Part shown: piece after piece, positions 17,021 through 26,812 of the stretch
How positions within the stretch are numbered: position 1 is the stretch's first letter
Layout: each line of letters opens with the position of its first letter
Virus record (IMG/VR): IMGVR_UViG_3300032236_001727
Location: 19,144-83,143 of that record
Strand: one strand, 5' to 3'
Source of the DNA: a virus
DNA: 64,000 nucleotides
Notes under the pieces: model-generated
The model's database searches: none
What the model saw: only the letters and a program-made list of their open reading frames with translations
Told to the model about the DNA's origin: nothing
Position numbers and translations under genes: made by a program

Positions 17021-17121
17021 ATTTATTTGCTTGCTTTCGTATAAACGCTGAGTTGTTAAAGTATTAACAGCGTGGGTATGTTAAGAATATTCTATATAAG
17101 GAAAAAAAATACATGAAATAG

Positions 17122-17853
17122 CTACTTGAGATTATTTTTTATCCATTCTTCAACTTTTTTGTTTGGGTTCTTTTTAAGTTTTTCTAAAATGTCTTCTTTA
17201 CTATATTTAGTGGGGTTTTGAGAATATATAGGGAACTTAGAAAGATCAGGATAAGGTAGTTCTAAATCATCATTATTTTTAGGAGTTCCTCCATCGTAAA
17301 ATTGATTCATAAGTAATAAACCTCTAGCTGAAAGTTCAGGTTGAAAGTAAAAATTCCATCCAAGCATATCTAGGTTATCTTCATGATAAGAACATTCTCT
17401 TCTACCACTATACCTAGCTCTTTTAAACCACATATATGCTTCTTCACTATCTGTTAATATAGCTCCACCTTTACTTAATTTAAAATGTTTATAAGGTCCA
17501 GTGAATGAAATACACATATGACTTTCAGGTTTATACATATTTGAAGTAAAACACAATGCTGAGTCCCAGACATTACTTCCTTCTAGTTGATATGCTCCTT
17601 TAAGCATTTTACCTTTAACGGGCTTAAATTTTACTTTTAATCCAGCATGAATTATTTCACATGGTACTGAAGGATATGTTCTAGCAGGGATAGTAATTGT
17701 ATCTGTTGTTATTGATTGTTTTACATTTTTTTCATAATATAAAGCTAAAAACAAAGCATTACTTTGATTATCTACTGTAATAACATATGGAGCACCTGTA
17801 TATTCGGCTAAGCGTTTTTCAAATTCTAAAGTAATATCATATACATTTTTCAT
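17122..17853 (-). CDS. DegT/DnrJ/EryC1 PLP-dependent aminotransferase (short form)
   Basis: FEKRLAEYTGA, WDSA, SFTGPYKH..GGAILTD, LGWNF. Confidence 0.85.
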   Translation of the reverse strand: MKNVYDITLEFEKRLAEYTGAPYVITVDNQSNALFLALYYEKNVKQSITTDTITIPARTYPSVPCEIIHAGLKVKFKPVKGKMLKGAYQLEGSNVWDSALCFTSNMYKPESHMCISFTGPYKHFKLSKGGAILTDSEEAYMWFKRARYSGRRECSYHEDNLDMLGWNFYFQPELSARGLLLMNQFYDGGTPKNNDDLELPYPDLSKFPIYSQNPTKYSKEDILEKLKKNPNKKVEEWIKNNLK

Positions 17854-18662
17854 ATTAGTTTATTTATTTTAAATGTTTCATTAATTGTATCTATTATGCG
17901 TTTTTCATAATCATAATAACTTAAAGCTCTTTGAAAATTATCTTCAATAGCTTGTTCTAAACTATTATAGTAATCAGCATCTAATTTATTAGATATTCTT
18001 ATAAAATCATCTACACTTTTAAATTCAATAATACCATCTTTGTTAAAAAATTCAGTAATATTTGAACAACCCCAATATATAGGAACCGTTTTTAATAGAA
18101 AACAATCCATTATTTTTTCAGTAAAATAACCACTATGTGAAGTATTTTCTATAACAGCTCCAAACATTGAATCACCAAAGATAAATTCTTTACCTTTTCG
18201 AGCATCTTCAATATTATATCTATCCCCATATGATTCATAAAAATTAGTAGGTATTTTTATTTCGTCTTTTCTAGCTAATAGTTCATGACGGAGAGAATGA
18301 CCATATGTTTTAAGTAGTTTCCCACATAAATGAGATACTTCAAATTTTTTAGTTCGTGGTTTTGAATATTGTTCTTGAGTTATCCAAGTACATCCAAACG
18401 GGAAAAAAGCAGCATTATCACAATTATTTAATACTTTATCACTCCAAGTTAATATGAGAGAAAAGTATTGTTTATTTTGAATAGCCCAATCATGTAAACC
18501 AAAATATTCATTTGGTTCTTGCATCACTAATATGTTTATAGAAGATAAATCATTCTGTGATTTAGGAATATCATCTACAAATAAAGAAAAATCTACATGG
18601 CTTAAATTATTTAAGTCTCTTGTTATTCTATCTTGGTCTAGGTGGTTTACAAAAATCTTCAT
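17850..18662 (-). CDS. Glycosyltransferase family 10 (fucosyltransferase-like)
   Basis: F..VIENT...YFTEKIMDCF...TVPIYWG motif. Confidence 0.88.
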   Translation of the reverse strand: MKIFVNHLDQDRITRDLNNLSHVDFSLFVDDIPKSQNDLSSINILVMQEPNEYFGLHDWAIQNKQYFSLILTWSDKVLNNCDNAAFFPFGCTWITQEQYSKPRTKKFEVSHLCGKLLKTYGHSLRHELLARKDEIKIPTNFYESYGDRYNIEDARKGKEFIFGDSMFGAVIENTSHSGYFTEKIMDCFLLKTVPIYWGCSNITEFFNKDGIIEFKSVDDFIRISNKLDADYYNSLEQAIEDNFQRALSYYDYEKRIIDTINETFKINKLI

Positions 18663-19672
18663 TATTTGTTTTTTACTTGTGAATTAATCCATTCAAATGT
18701 TGTTTTCAATCCTTCATATAATGGTTTGTTTGGTTCCCACCCCATTTTTTCTTTATAAAGCTTATTATCTGAGTTTCGACCTTTTACTCCGGTTGGACAT
18801 TTGTAACCATATTTGGAAATAAATTCATCACCATATAAATTTTTAATAGTAATATCCTTACCAGATAATTCTATAGCCATATTAGCTAACTGATTTATTG
18901 TGACCATTTCTTCTGATCCTATATTTACAGGTCCTAAAAATTCATCTTGTCTCATAAATCTTAATATAGCTTCTATACATTCATCTATATACAAGAATGA
19001 TCTTGTTTGTTGTCCATCTCCCCAAACTTCAATTATGTCTCCATCTTTAGATTCAGCAGCTTTTCTACACATAGCTGCTGGTGCTTTTTCTTTACCTCCA
19101 GTCCATGTTCCATAAGGACCAAATATATTATGGAATCTAGCCACACGAACATCTAATTTATAATTACGGTTAAAAGCTAAATATAGTCGTTCACTAAATA
19201 ATTTTTCCCAACCGTATTCTGAATCTGGATTAGCTGGGTATGCTGATGATTCTTCACAATTTGGGTTATTAGGATCCAATTGATTATGTTCTGGGTACAT
19301 GCAAGCTGATGAAGAATAAAATATGCGTTTTATTTGTTGCATTACTGCTTCATAAGATACATTTATATTAATTAGGGCAGAATTATGCATTACATTAGCA
19401 TCATTATTACCTGTAAAAATATACCATGCTCCTCCCATATCTGCAGCTAGTTGATATACTTCATCAAATGGAGTTAATGTACATGAAGACATTACTTGTT
19501 TTACTATTAGTGGATTTCTTAGATCTCCTATAATAAATTCATCAGCGTATGTTTTTTCATATTCGGGATGTTTAAGATCTACCCCTCTAACCCAAAATCC
19601 TTCAGATTTTAGTTTTTTTACTAAATGAGAACCAATAAAACCACCAGCACCTAATACTAAAGCATATTTCAT
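18662..19672 (-). CDS. NAD-dependent epimerase, GDP-mannose 3,5-epimerase-like
   Basis: GAGGFIG, LAADMGG, YSSSACMYP, YGWEK, GGKEKAPAAMCRK, GRNSDN. Confidence 0.9.
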   Translation of the reverse strand: MKYALVLGAGGFIGSHLVKKLKSEGFWVRGVDLKHPEYEKTYADEFIIGDLRNPLIVKQVMSSCTLTPFDEVYQLAADMGGAWYIFTGNNDANVMHNSALININVSYEAVMQQIKRIFYSSSACMYPEHNQLDPNNPNCEESSAYPANPDSEYGWEKLFSERLYLAFNRNYKLDVRVARFHNIFGPYGTWTGGKEKAPAAMCRKAAESKDGDIIEVWGDGQQTRSFLYIDECIEAILRFMRQDEFLGPVNIGSEEMVTINQLANMAIELSGKDITIKNLYGDEFISKYGYKCPTGVKGRNSDNKLYKEKMGWEPNKPLYEGLKTTFEWINSQVKNK

Positions 19673-20313
19673 ATATTATTGTATAAGTTGTTTTGTTTAA
19701 TTTGTTTTTCTAAAGTTTTGGGATGATATAAACAAAAACGCTCTTCAAAAGGCAAATAAGCATGAGATGCTATTCCTGTAAGAGTTTCATGTACTGCTCC
19801 ACCCCACTTTATGTTAGACTTGTTATGGTATATTCTACCTTGGCAATCAGGATAATTTATATATTTTTGTTCACTTAATCTCCAACCCTGTGATTGAACG
19901 TATTCAATGACATTTTTTTCATCTCCTTCTAAAGTATTAATTCTAGAAACCCATAATAGTTCTACTTGCGGATTATCTTGTAATATTGTATAAATGTTTT
20001 GAATCAAAAATTCATTAGGAATTTCATCAGCATCTATATTAAATATATGTGTTGAATCTTGGGAGCAAAGTGAATTTAATTTATTTTTCCATTCAGCAAA
20101 ATTTCCGGCAAATTCACCTTCATACCATGAAAAACTACCATCAACACAATGTGTTCTAAGATATTCTTCTACAGATTTAGAATTTTTAGATTTATCAAAC
20201 AATACAACTATTTCATCTTGTTGTCTTTTATGTTTTAAAAGATGAGTTATAAGTTTTTGTATTTCTACATATTCATCACATACAGTAATGGTGTATGATA
20301 TTTTTGTTTCCAT
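19669..20313 (-). CDS. Glycosyltransferase family 2
   Basis: ISYTITVCDE, IFNIDADE, YPD.Q.RI, W...VHE. Confidence 0.85.
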   Translation of the reverse strand: METKISYTITVCDEYVEIQKLITHLLKHKRQQDEIVVLFDKSKNSKSVEEYLRTHCVDGSFSWYEGEFAGNFAEWKNKLNSLCSQDSTHIFNIDADEIPNEFLIQNIYTILQDNPQVELLWVSRINTLEGDEKNVIEYVQSQGWRLSEQKYINYPDCQGRIYHNKSNIKWGGAVHETLTGIASHAYLPFEERFCLYHPKTLEKQIKQNNLYNNI

Positions 20314-20327
20314 TTTTTATTTTTATT

Positions 20328-20357
20328 AATATAATAAGATTTTTTTGGATTTCCAAA
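20328..20357 (-). promoter_or_regulatory. Promoter motif with a TTGGAAATCCAA palindrome, upstream of the sugar operon
   Basis: TTTGG-N19-TATATT. Confidence 0.7.
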
Positions 20358-20366
20358 TTTATTTTT

Positions 20367-20825
20367 TTAGATGGCACCATCTAACATACCAAGATATTCC
20401 AAAGCATCCATAAAATCCTTTTCATCAAATTGTTTGAGTGTGGTCATATCAGCTTTAGTTTTATAAAATTCTCCAGTTTTTCCAGGTATCGGATATTTTT
20501 TTCTATCTTCTTCTGATACTTCTACTTTTTTCACAGCAGACCATTTCCAACTAGCTGTATTTTTTCCGCTAGCATATACCATTCCTTTTTCATTGTCTAT
20601 AAAAGTAGGCATCCATATTTTACCTTCATCGTCTTCTCCCATCAAAGCTTTATATATGTCTGGGAGCATAGCAAATTGTTCTTCAAAAAATTGTTCACCT
20701 TTTTTCATTAAGGTATTAGTTTGATATCCACATCCCATACAAAAATAGTTTTTCATTTCTGGGGTTACTTGGGTTACGTAGCAGGCATCGCCTGAGCAGT
20801 TTGAGCATGTTATTAGATCTTCCAT
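20367..20825 (-). CDS. Zn-ribbon hypothetical protein
   Basis: CSNC...CMGCG. Confidence 0.75.
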   Translation of the reverse strand: MEDLITCSNCSGDACYVTQVTPEMKNYFCMGCGYQTNTLMKKGEQFFEEQFAMLPDIYKALMGEDDEGKIWMPTFIDNEKGMVYASGKNTASWKWSAVKKVEVSEEDRKKYPIPGKTGEFYKTKADMTTLKQFDEKDFMDALEYLGMLDGAI

Positions 20826-20826
20826 A

Positions 20827-21057
20827 TTATATATTGCTTAATGTGATTGAAATTTTGTATTTTATTTTTTCAGCATCTCTAACACCAAAAAAAACATCAT
20901 TACTTTCAATATTTATTATTGGAGGAGTAATTTCTATGCTAGGCATGTTTTTGAGAGCTGTTTCTATTTGTGTAACTAACATATCTGGTATGTCGGTTTC
21001 TACTTCAGTAGGTGTAAAATCTTTAGGGCTGTAGTGTGTTGCTTTGTACTTTTTCAT
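20827..21057 (-). CDS. Hypothetical protein
   Basis: 76-aa ORF. Confidence 0.6.
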   Translation of the reverse strand: MKKYKATHYSPKDFTPTEVETDIPDMLVTQIETALKNMPSIEITPPIINIESNDVFFGVRDAEKIKYKISITLSNI

Positions 21058-21096
21058 AATGTTTATTGTTTAATGTGATTAAAATTTTATATTTTT

Positions 21097-22311
21097 TTAA
21101 TTTGAAAGTGGTGCTTTTATTGTTGGGTGTGATTGATAATTACTTAGTTGTATGTCTTCTTCTATTAAACATTTACAAACAGTATTATTTTGTAAACTAT
21201 CTAAAATAGATGTTGCACTTAAAGGTCCAACCCCACATTCTCCAGATTCTGTAGGCCAAAATTCTGTGTTGATGTTTAATTTTGGAAGCTGATATGGTTC
21301 TCTACCAATTTGTTCTTTTGCTTGTTCTACATGATTAAGATATAAGTGCGTGTCACCCAAGTTTCCGATTAGTTCGTCTGGAACCATGTTTGTAATCTTT
21401 GCAAGTATCTCTAAAAGTAGGCCATAAGAAGCTATATTGAACGGAAGGCCAAGGAATGTATCGACTGAACGCTGGTTCCACATTAATGAGATTGCTCTGG
21501 TTGGAATATTCTTTTCATCTAAACATTCTTTGATTTTTTTTCTTCTAACATTCTTAAAACTTTGAACTTCTTCATAAATTAGTCTTTGTTCATTTTGAGT
21601 AAGAGTGTCCATTCTTTCTTTTTCACTCAATTCTCTTGTATAAACTTGAAACCCATAATGGCAAGGTGGCAAAACGCAAGTATCAACTTCATCTGGATTC
21701 CAAGCTGTCACTAGCATTCTACGGTCATCTGGATTTGTTTTTAACTTGGTTATGAGGTTTTGTATTTGGTCTATACTATTAAAATGTACACCACTTGTGC
21801 CGTTGTGGTTTTGATGTTTCTTAGAAACCCTACCACCCCAGTCTCTCCATTGTGCCCCGTATATCAGACCTAAATCACCCCAATTATTAGCAAACTCATC
21901 ATCAGTTTTGATTTTATTGATGAATTCTTCTTTTGAATATTCTTCAAATTCATATTCATTGTTTTCGTGGTTGTAATTTGAACTACCGTATTCTATTTTA
22001 TCTCTCTCATCTAATCCCCAATATCGTTTACAATATGATTTATAAGCATCACCATCCCAGATATGACAATCATTCTCTAAAAGATACTTTATATTTGTGT
22101 CTCCTCTTAAAAACCAAAGTAGTTCGGTTATGATACCTTTAAAGTACATCTTCTTTGTGGTAAGCAAAGGAAATCCTTCTGACATCTTATGTCTTATTTG
22201 TCTTCCGAATACTGAAGTGGTTCCAGTGCCAGTTCTGTCTTTTTTTACTGTACCGTTATCAAGAATATCTTGAAGCAGGTCTGTATATTGTTTATCTAGT
22301 TGGTTTTTCAT
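21097..22311 (-). CDS. thyA: Thymidylate synthase with two insertions
   Basis: DRTGTGT, FPLLTTKK, ELLWFLRG, LPPCH, QRSVDTFLGLPFNIASY, GDTHLY. Confidence 0.97.
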   Translation of the reverse strand: MKNQLDKQYTDLLQDILDNGTVKKDRTGTGTTSVFGRQIRHKMSEGFPLLTTKKMYFKGIITELLWFLRGDTNIKYLLENDCHIWDGDAYKSYCKRYWGLDERDKIEYGSSNYNHENNEYEFEEYSKEEFINKIKTDDEFANNWGDLGLIYGAQWRDWGGRVSKKHQNHNGTSGVHFNSIDQIQNLITKLKTNPDDRRMLVTAWNPDEVDTCVLPPCHYGFQVYTRELSEKERMDTLTQNEQRLIYEEVQSFKNVRRKKIKECLDEKNIPTRAISLMWNQRSVDTFLGLPFNIASYGLLLEILAKITNMVPDELIGNLGDTHLYLNHVEQAKEQIGREPYQLPKLNINTEFWPTESGECGVGPLSATSILDSLQNNTVCKCLIEEDIQLSNYQSHPTIKAPLSN

Positions 22312-22642
22312 CTGATAAGTATTTAAGGTGTTCTTTTCCAAATTTATCAATTATCATAACAGTTTCAGCAATATCTGTTTCTGTAAATGTTAATTCATTA
22401 TTATAGTAAGATGATTTATATAATTTACTACCATCACCATGCCTGCATTCTACGTAAGTTGTATTATCATCCCATAACAATATTCGTACAGTATATGAAC
22501 AGTTTGGAAATCTTTGTAAGATATCTTTTTTTACTAGATCTATTTGTCTTTCTATCTCTTTCATAGCATGATTTTCATCAACATAATATGGATTTTTATC
22601 TCCTGTAAAAGGATCAAATTCAGGCATTGAATTATTATTCAT
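22292..22642 (-). CDS. Hypothetical protein
   Basis: 116-aa ORF. Confidence 0.65.
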   Translation of the reverse strand: MNNNSMPEFDPFTGDKNPYYVDENHAMKEIERQIDLVKKDILQRFPNCSYTVRILLWDDNTTYVECRHGDGSKLYKSSYYNNELTFTETDIAETVMIIDKFGKEHLKYLSDEKPTR

Positions 22643-22644
22643 AA

Positions 22645-22893
22645 TTAATACATTTTAAGTGTTGGATACTCTATGATGTCTACATATTTTAACTCAGTAT
22701 TGTATTTTTCCAATAACACTTCATTAAGTAAGCTTTCTTTAGATATATTAGAATAAACTATTTCAATTGTATCACCAAAACCAGCCATACAATGTTTACT
22801 AGCTATTTTCCAACCCCACCATTTTTTTATTTGCATTTTATAAAGAGGAGTGTCTGTGCCTGGTATCTCTATGTATCTTATTTTAAGTGTCAT
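22645..22893 (-). CDS. Hypothetical protein
   Basis: 82-aa ORF. Confidence 0.65.
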   Translation of the reverse strand: MTLKIRYIEIPGTDTPLYKMQIKKWWGWKIASKHCMAGFGDTIEIVYSNISKESLLNEVLLEKYNTELKYVDIIEYPTLKMY

Positions 22894-22912
22894 ATTATGA
22901 TGATGTTGTTTT

Positions 22913-23080
22913 TTATTTATAAAGTATAGTTAACATCCAACCGTAGCTATTAGAATTTGTATGGATAGATATTATTTCAATAGGTTCATTACTAGCTATC
23001 CAACTATTAAATTGAGAAGTTAAATCATCTCCTGCTTTGTTGTTATTAGGTTCATTATCAGTTGTAAATACTTTTATCAT
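22913..23080 (-). CDS. Small hypothetical protein (55 aa, not in ORF track)
   Basis: MIKVFTTDNE...SNSYGWMLTILYK*; A-rich leader; fills the gap. Confidence 0.6.
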   Translation of the reverse strand: MIKVFTTDNEPNNNKAGDDLTSQFNSWIASNEPIEIISIHTNSNSYGWMLTILYK

Positions 23081-23086
23081 TGTTTT

Positions 23087-23203
23087 TTATTTATTTAATA
23101 AGTAATCTGTTACAATACAACTACCAACTGCTATAATAATTAAATGGATTATTTCTATAGTTAAAATGACATATAACCACATTTTAATTTTTTTCTTTTT
23201 CAT
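23087..23203 (-). CDS. Small single-TM peptide (38 aa, not in ORF track)
   Basis: MKKKKIKMWLYVILTIEIIHLIIIAVGSCIVTDYLLNK*. Confidence 0.5.
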   Translation of the reverse strand: MKKKKIKMWLYVILTIEIIHLIIIAVGSCIVTDYLLNK

Positions 23204-23207
23204 AACC

Positions 23208-23708
23208 CTAATATATTGATGTGTTTAGTTCAACAAAATTTGGCATCTTTTTATCATTTAATGATAATAAAGAAAGATAGTCTTCCCAAATTGTATTAAG
23301 ACCTTTGTTAAAAGAAAGAGCTCTATTTATTTTACTCCCCTCACCATCTTTATTATAAAAATGTTTTATAGTTTCATCATTACATTTAGTTTTAATAATC
23401 ATGTCAGGGTTAAAAATACCTAATTGCATTCCTTTTCTCAGCAAACGAAAACATAATATACCCTCAACAATAAATGGAGCTCCCATTCTCTGATATGTTA
23501 AAACATCATCCATCAACGCATACAAAGATTCATCAGCACTGTTATATTTCACATAATCATCAGATATTAATATAGGTCTACTAAGTTCATTAGCTATTTT
23601 TTTAGCAATGGTTACTTTTCCAGTTTTGGTGTATCCGCATACTACTATAGCGTTTTTATCAGAACATTGTTTTATTAATTCTGGTGTTACTAAATCAGCT
23701 GGGTTCAT
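23208..23708 (-). CDS. P-loop kinase-like protein
   Basis: IVVCGYTKTGKVT Walker A, FIVEG. Confidence 0.7.
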   Translation of the reverse strand: MNPADLVTPELIKQCSDKNAIVVCGYTKTGKVTIAKKIANELSRPILISDDYVKYNSADESLYALMDDVLTYQRMGAPFIVEGILCFRLLRKGMQLGIFNPDMIIKTKCNDETIKHFYNKDGEGSKINRALSFNKGLNTIWEDYLSLLSLNDKKMPNFVELNTSIY

Positions 23709-25047
23709 TAGTTTGTGGTATTTTAAGTTTTGGTAATTCTATCTTTTTTACACCTGGTGATGCTAATTTAGGTAGGTTAAGAGCTATATGTTTAGGAAAT
23801 TGAGGAATGTTTTTGTTTAATATTTCACCTAATTCTTCTTTCATTTTTTCATAACTAAAATTAGTTCTACTATAATATCCTTGACGTTTACCTTTTGTTT
23901 TCCAATCTTCATAGTTTTCAAATACATCTTTAAGATAATTTCCTATATAACCTGGATCAGGGCTAAACCATTGTGAACCTTCTACAAGCATATCTTTTAC
24001 TTGAGCTGATGGATGTATAGGTTTCAATTCACCAGGTATAAGTGCTGTGAATTCAGGATTTAAAAAGTCAATATGTCCCGACCAATTAGATGTTATTATA
24101 GGTTTGTTAGTAACACTAAATTCAAGTAATGGTCTTCCAAATCCTTCACCTTTAGTAAGATTAACCATAGCTTTCACTTTAGGATGATTGTATAGTTCAT
24201 TTATTTCAGAATCAGAAAATTCACCATGTATTATATATACATTAGGTAATCTTTGAGCAGAAACACTTTTACGAATCATGTCAATCTTCTTTTGTATTTC
24301 TCTTCTATCCATATATGATGCACCAGCACCACTAGTTTTCAGTATTAGAGCAGGAGTATTTAGTTTATTTTTAAATACTTCATAAAAAGCTTTAACAAGA
24401 AGACCTACATTCTTTCTATCTTCGTTAATTTCACCTTGTAACCAATGTCCACAGAACAAATAAGCAAACGATTCAGGAATATCATTTATATCATCATACA
24501 AATCAGTGTATTCAAATTCATTTTTTTCTAATGGTTTATATACATCTAAATTAACACCTTCAAATAATACTTCTATAGGTTTTTCTGTCTTGATATTTTT
24601 TAATAATTGGTGTGTTTTGTTATCTTTAACTTGATATGATGTTTTTAGAAAAACATCTTTAGAATGTTTTGAAGATACTATATTAAGATCCATTCTATTT
24701 ATACCTTCAATCCATTGAGGAGCACATACTGTGGTTTCTATTCCTGCAGTTATAAGACAATTCCATTTCCCAACAGGTTGAGCTTCAGATGGAATAGTTA
24801 TCCAAATCATTATATCAGGTTGATATGAAAGTTGAGGTTCAGGATGGATATATTCTTTAAGCCAAGTCCATTCAGGATTATCATCCAAAAACCCAGCGGG
24901 ACAATTTCCCCACCTACATGGTATGATTTTTACATCCCATTCTTCTTTTTTCAATTCTATGATTGCTTTAACTTTATCACGAGAATTAGCAGAGTATCCA
25001 CTATATATGTCTACAGGAGCATATATTACTACACGAACTTTATTCAT
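23695..25047 (-). CDS. Glycosyltransferase, GT-B (GT4-like)
   Basis: DRKNVG, TKGEGFGRPLLE, WSGHIDF. Confidence 0.88.
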   Translation of the reverse strand: MNKVRVVIYAPVDIYSGYSANSRDKVKAIIELKKEEWDVKIIPCRWGNCPAGFLDDNPEWTWLKEYIHPEPQLSYQPDIMIWITIPSEAQPVGKWNCLITAGIETTVCAPQWIEGINRMDLNIVSSKHSKDVFLKTSYQVKDNKTHQLLKNIKTEKPIEVLFEGVNLDVYKPLEKNEFEYTDLYDDINDIPESFAYLFCGHWLQGEINEDRKNVGLLVKAFYEVFKNKLNTPALILKTSGAGASYMDRREIQKKIDMIRKSVSAQRLPNVYIIHGEFSDSEINELYNHPKVKAMVNLTKGEGFGRPLLEFSVTNKPIITSNWSGHIDFLNPEFTALIPGELKPIHPSAQVKDMLVEGSQWFSPDPGYIGNYLKDVFENYEDWKTKGKRQGYYSRTNFSYEKMKEELGEILNKNIPQFPKHIALNLPKLASPGVKKIELPKLKIPQTNEPS

Positions 25048-25079
25048 TATACTTTTATTTTTTATTAATAACTAATTTT

Positions 25080-26513
25080 TTAATAGACTAGAGCATGATT
25101 TAAAACTCTAGGTTCAAGATCTGTGTCTCTAAGAAATTCATATTTTTCACGAGGTTCCCAAGTTGAAAATAATTCATCTAGACCTTCTATAATTTTTCCA
25201 GCCATTTTTTCAGATGTAAACCCTGCTTCATCTCCAGTAGCCCATTCTTTACCTTTTAAACCATTTTGTTTTCTTTTTTCTGGTCCCATATGATACAGTA
25301 CTGATATTTTGCTAGCAGCATCTTCAAAACTACATCTATCATCAAATATATAAGGTGTTGGAACAGAACCAACTAAAGATATGTTAGATGGAAATACAGG
25401 TAATGCCCATTCACCACATTCTTTAAAAGTTGCTCTATGATTAGAAGGTATCTTATCAGATGGAGTATACCATTTTCCTTCATTATCTACAAATCTCATT
25501 TGATCTTGCATTCCACCAGTAACGTTAGCTATAAATGGTGTTCCAGTTAATAGAGCTTCAGTTAATGATAATCCCCATCCTTCATTAGAAGATAATAATA
25601 TAACTCCATCAGCCATATTATATAAATAATTCATATGAATATGATCAAACTTTTGATTAGTGATGATTATATTAGAATCATTATTTGGGAAAAAATATTC
25701 TATATTTGCTGGTAGATCTGTTCCGTTATCGTCTATAGCATCAGTGTGGAGTACAAAAGCACATTTTTCAGATTGTTCTTTAGGTAAATTATCTTTAAAT
25801 ACTTTCCATGCTAATATAGTATCTTGAATACTTTTACGTCTAATGTTTCTTGAGTTAAATAATAAGACAAAATCATATTCTTTTTTTAGTATATGACTCT
25901 TAAATTTTGTAAAGTCTTCATTATTATTTTCTAGTGGGAAAAAGTTCTTATGATTTAAACCATGAGGAACATATTTTATAATCTTACTGTCTGCTTTTTT
26001 CCCTAATACTAGTTTATTAATATTAACAGTTTGTTTAGATATACCTAACAATAGATCACAACTTTCATAAAATTCTCTATTGTATGCTGGTGCTGGGTAG
26101 TCGTCCCATATTTCCAAATATACTATTGGGATACTTTTTCTTATTTCATTTTCCATTTGGAAAACCCATACAAAATATCTTGGATCAGTTATTAAGAATA
26201 TAGCATCTGGTTTTTCAAAAGCTATTAATTGTCTTAACAAATCAGGGCTACCATAACCATCTGAAGGATATAAAAAGATAGAAGCATCATTTATGTCAGC
26301 ATGCTTATTAGCATCTTGACTTATGTCTATTTTTTTCCCTTTATCAGGATGATTAATAGCTCCTGCAATACATGCATAATTGTAGCGATGAGCTGTATTT
26401 AGCACCATCTCTCTAGCAATGTGAGCAATTCCGGATGATACTCTAATATCGTCACAGATTAATAATATTTTTTTTCTTTGATTTTGAGGGACATACCCTG
26501 CTTTGTTGTTCAT
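25080..26513 (-). CDS. Glycosyltransferase, GT-B (GT4-like)
   Basis: VPHG, RNIRRK, SSNEGWGLSLTEA, TGGMQDQ. Confidence 0.88.
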   Translation of the reverse strand: MNNKAGYVPQNQRKKILLICDDIRVSSGIAHIAREMVLNTAHRYNYACIAGAINHPDKGKKIDISQDANKHADINDASIFLYPSDGYGSPDLLRQLIAFEKPDAIFLITDPRYFVWVFQMENEIRKSIPIVYLEIWDDYPAPAYNREFYESCDLLLGISKQTVNINKLVLGKKADSKIIKYVPHGLNHKNFFPLENNNEDFTKFKSHILKKEYDFVLLFNSRNIRRKSIQDTILAWKVFKDNLPKEQSEKCAFVLHTDAIDDNGTDLPANIEYFFPNNDSNIIITNQKFDHIHMNYLYNMADGVILLSSNEGWGLSLTEALLTGTPFIANVTGGMQDQMRFVDNEGKWYTPSDKIPSNHRATFKECGEWALPVFPSNISLVGSVPTPYIFDDRCSFEDAASKISVLYHMGPEKRKQNGLKGKEWATGDEAGFTSEKMAGKIIEGLDELFSTWEPREKYEFLRDTDLEPRVLNHALVY

Positions 26514-26530
26514 AGCTTTTATTTAATGAT

Positions 26531-26560
26531 AATATAACTAATTATTTTGGCAATACCAAA
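26531..26560 (-). promoter_or_regulatory. Promoter motif TTTGG-N19-TATATT
   Basis: Upstream of the GT4 pair; contains a TTTGG..CCAAA mini-palindrome. Confidence 0.7.
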
Positions 26561-26562
26561 TT

Positions 26563-26766
26563 TTATTCTTCTTTATTTGGTATACTTTTAGGTACTTGTA
26601 AATTTTGTATTCTTTTTCTAAATTCTATATCAGTATTAAAAAGATACATACAGTGTTCAGTTAATCGTTGAAGTGAGAACTTATATTTGATAGAATTAAT
26701 TTTAAATTCTTCAAATAATGTACTATCTACTTTTACAGATGTTAATTGTTGATTTTCTTTTCCCAT
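26563..26766 (-). CDS. Small possible ribbon-helix-helix protein
   Basis: Likely start MGKENQQLTSVKV (beta-strand then helices); ATATTTAT motif at 26783-26790. Confidence 0.6.
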   Translation of the reverse strand: MGKENQQLTSVKVDSTLFEEFKINSIKYKFSLQRLTEHCMYLFNTDIEFRKRIQNLQVPKSIPNKEE

Positions 26767-26812
26767 AATATTTGTTTTATATATAAATATATGTAAAAAA
26801 TAGAAAATACAA

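Noticed and set aside
21500-22050. thyA insertions as intein or intron
   Set aside because: Short in-frame insertions without splicing motifs; catalytic motifs are intact
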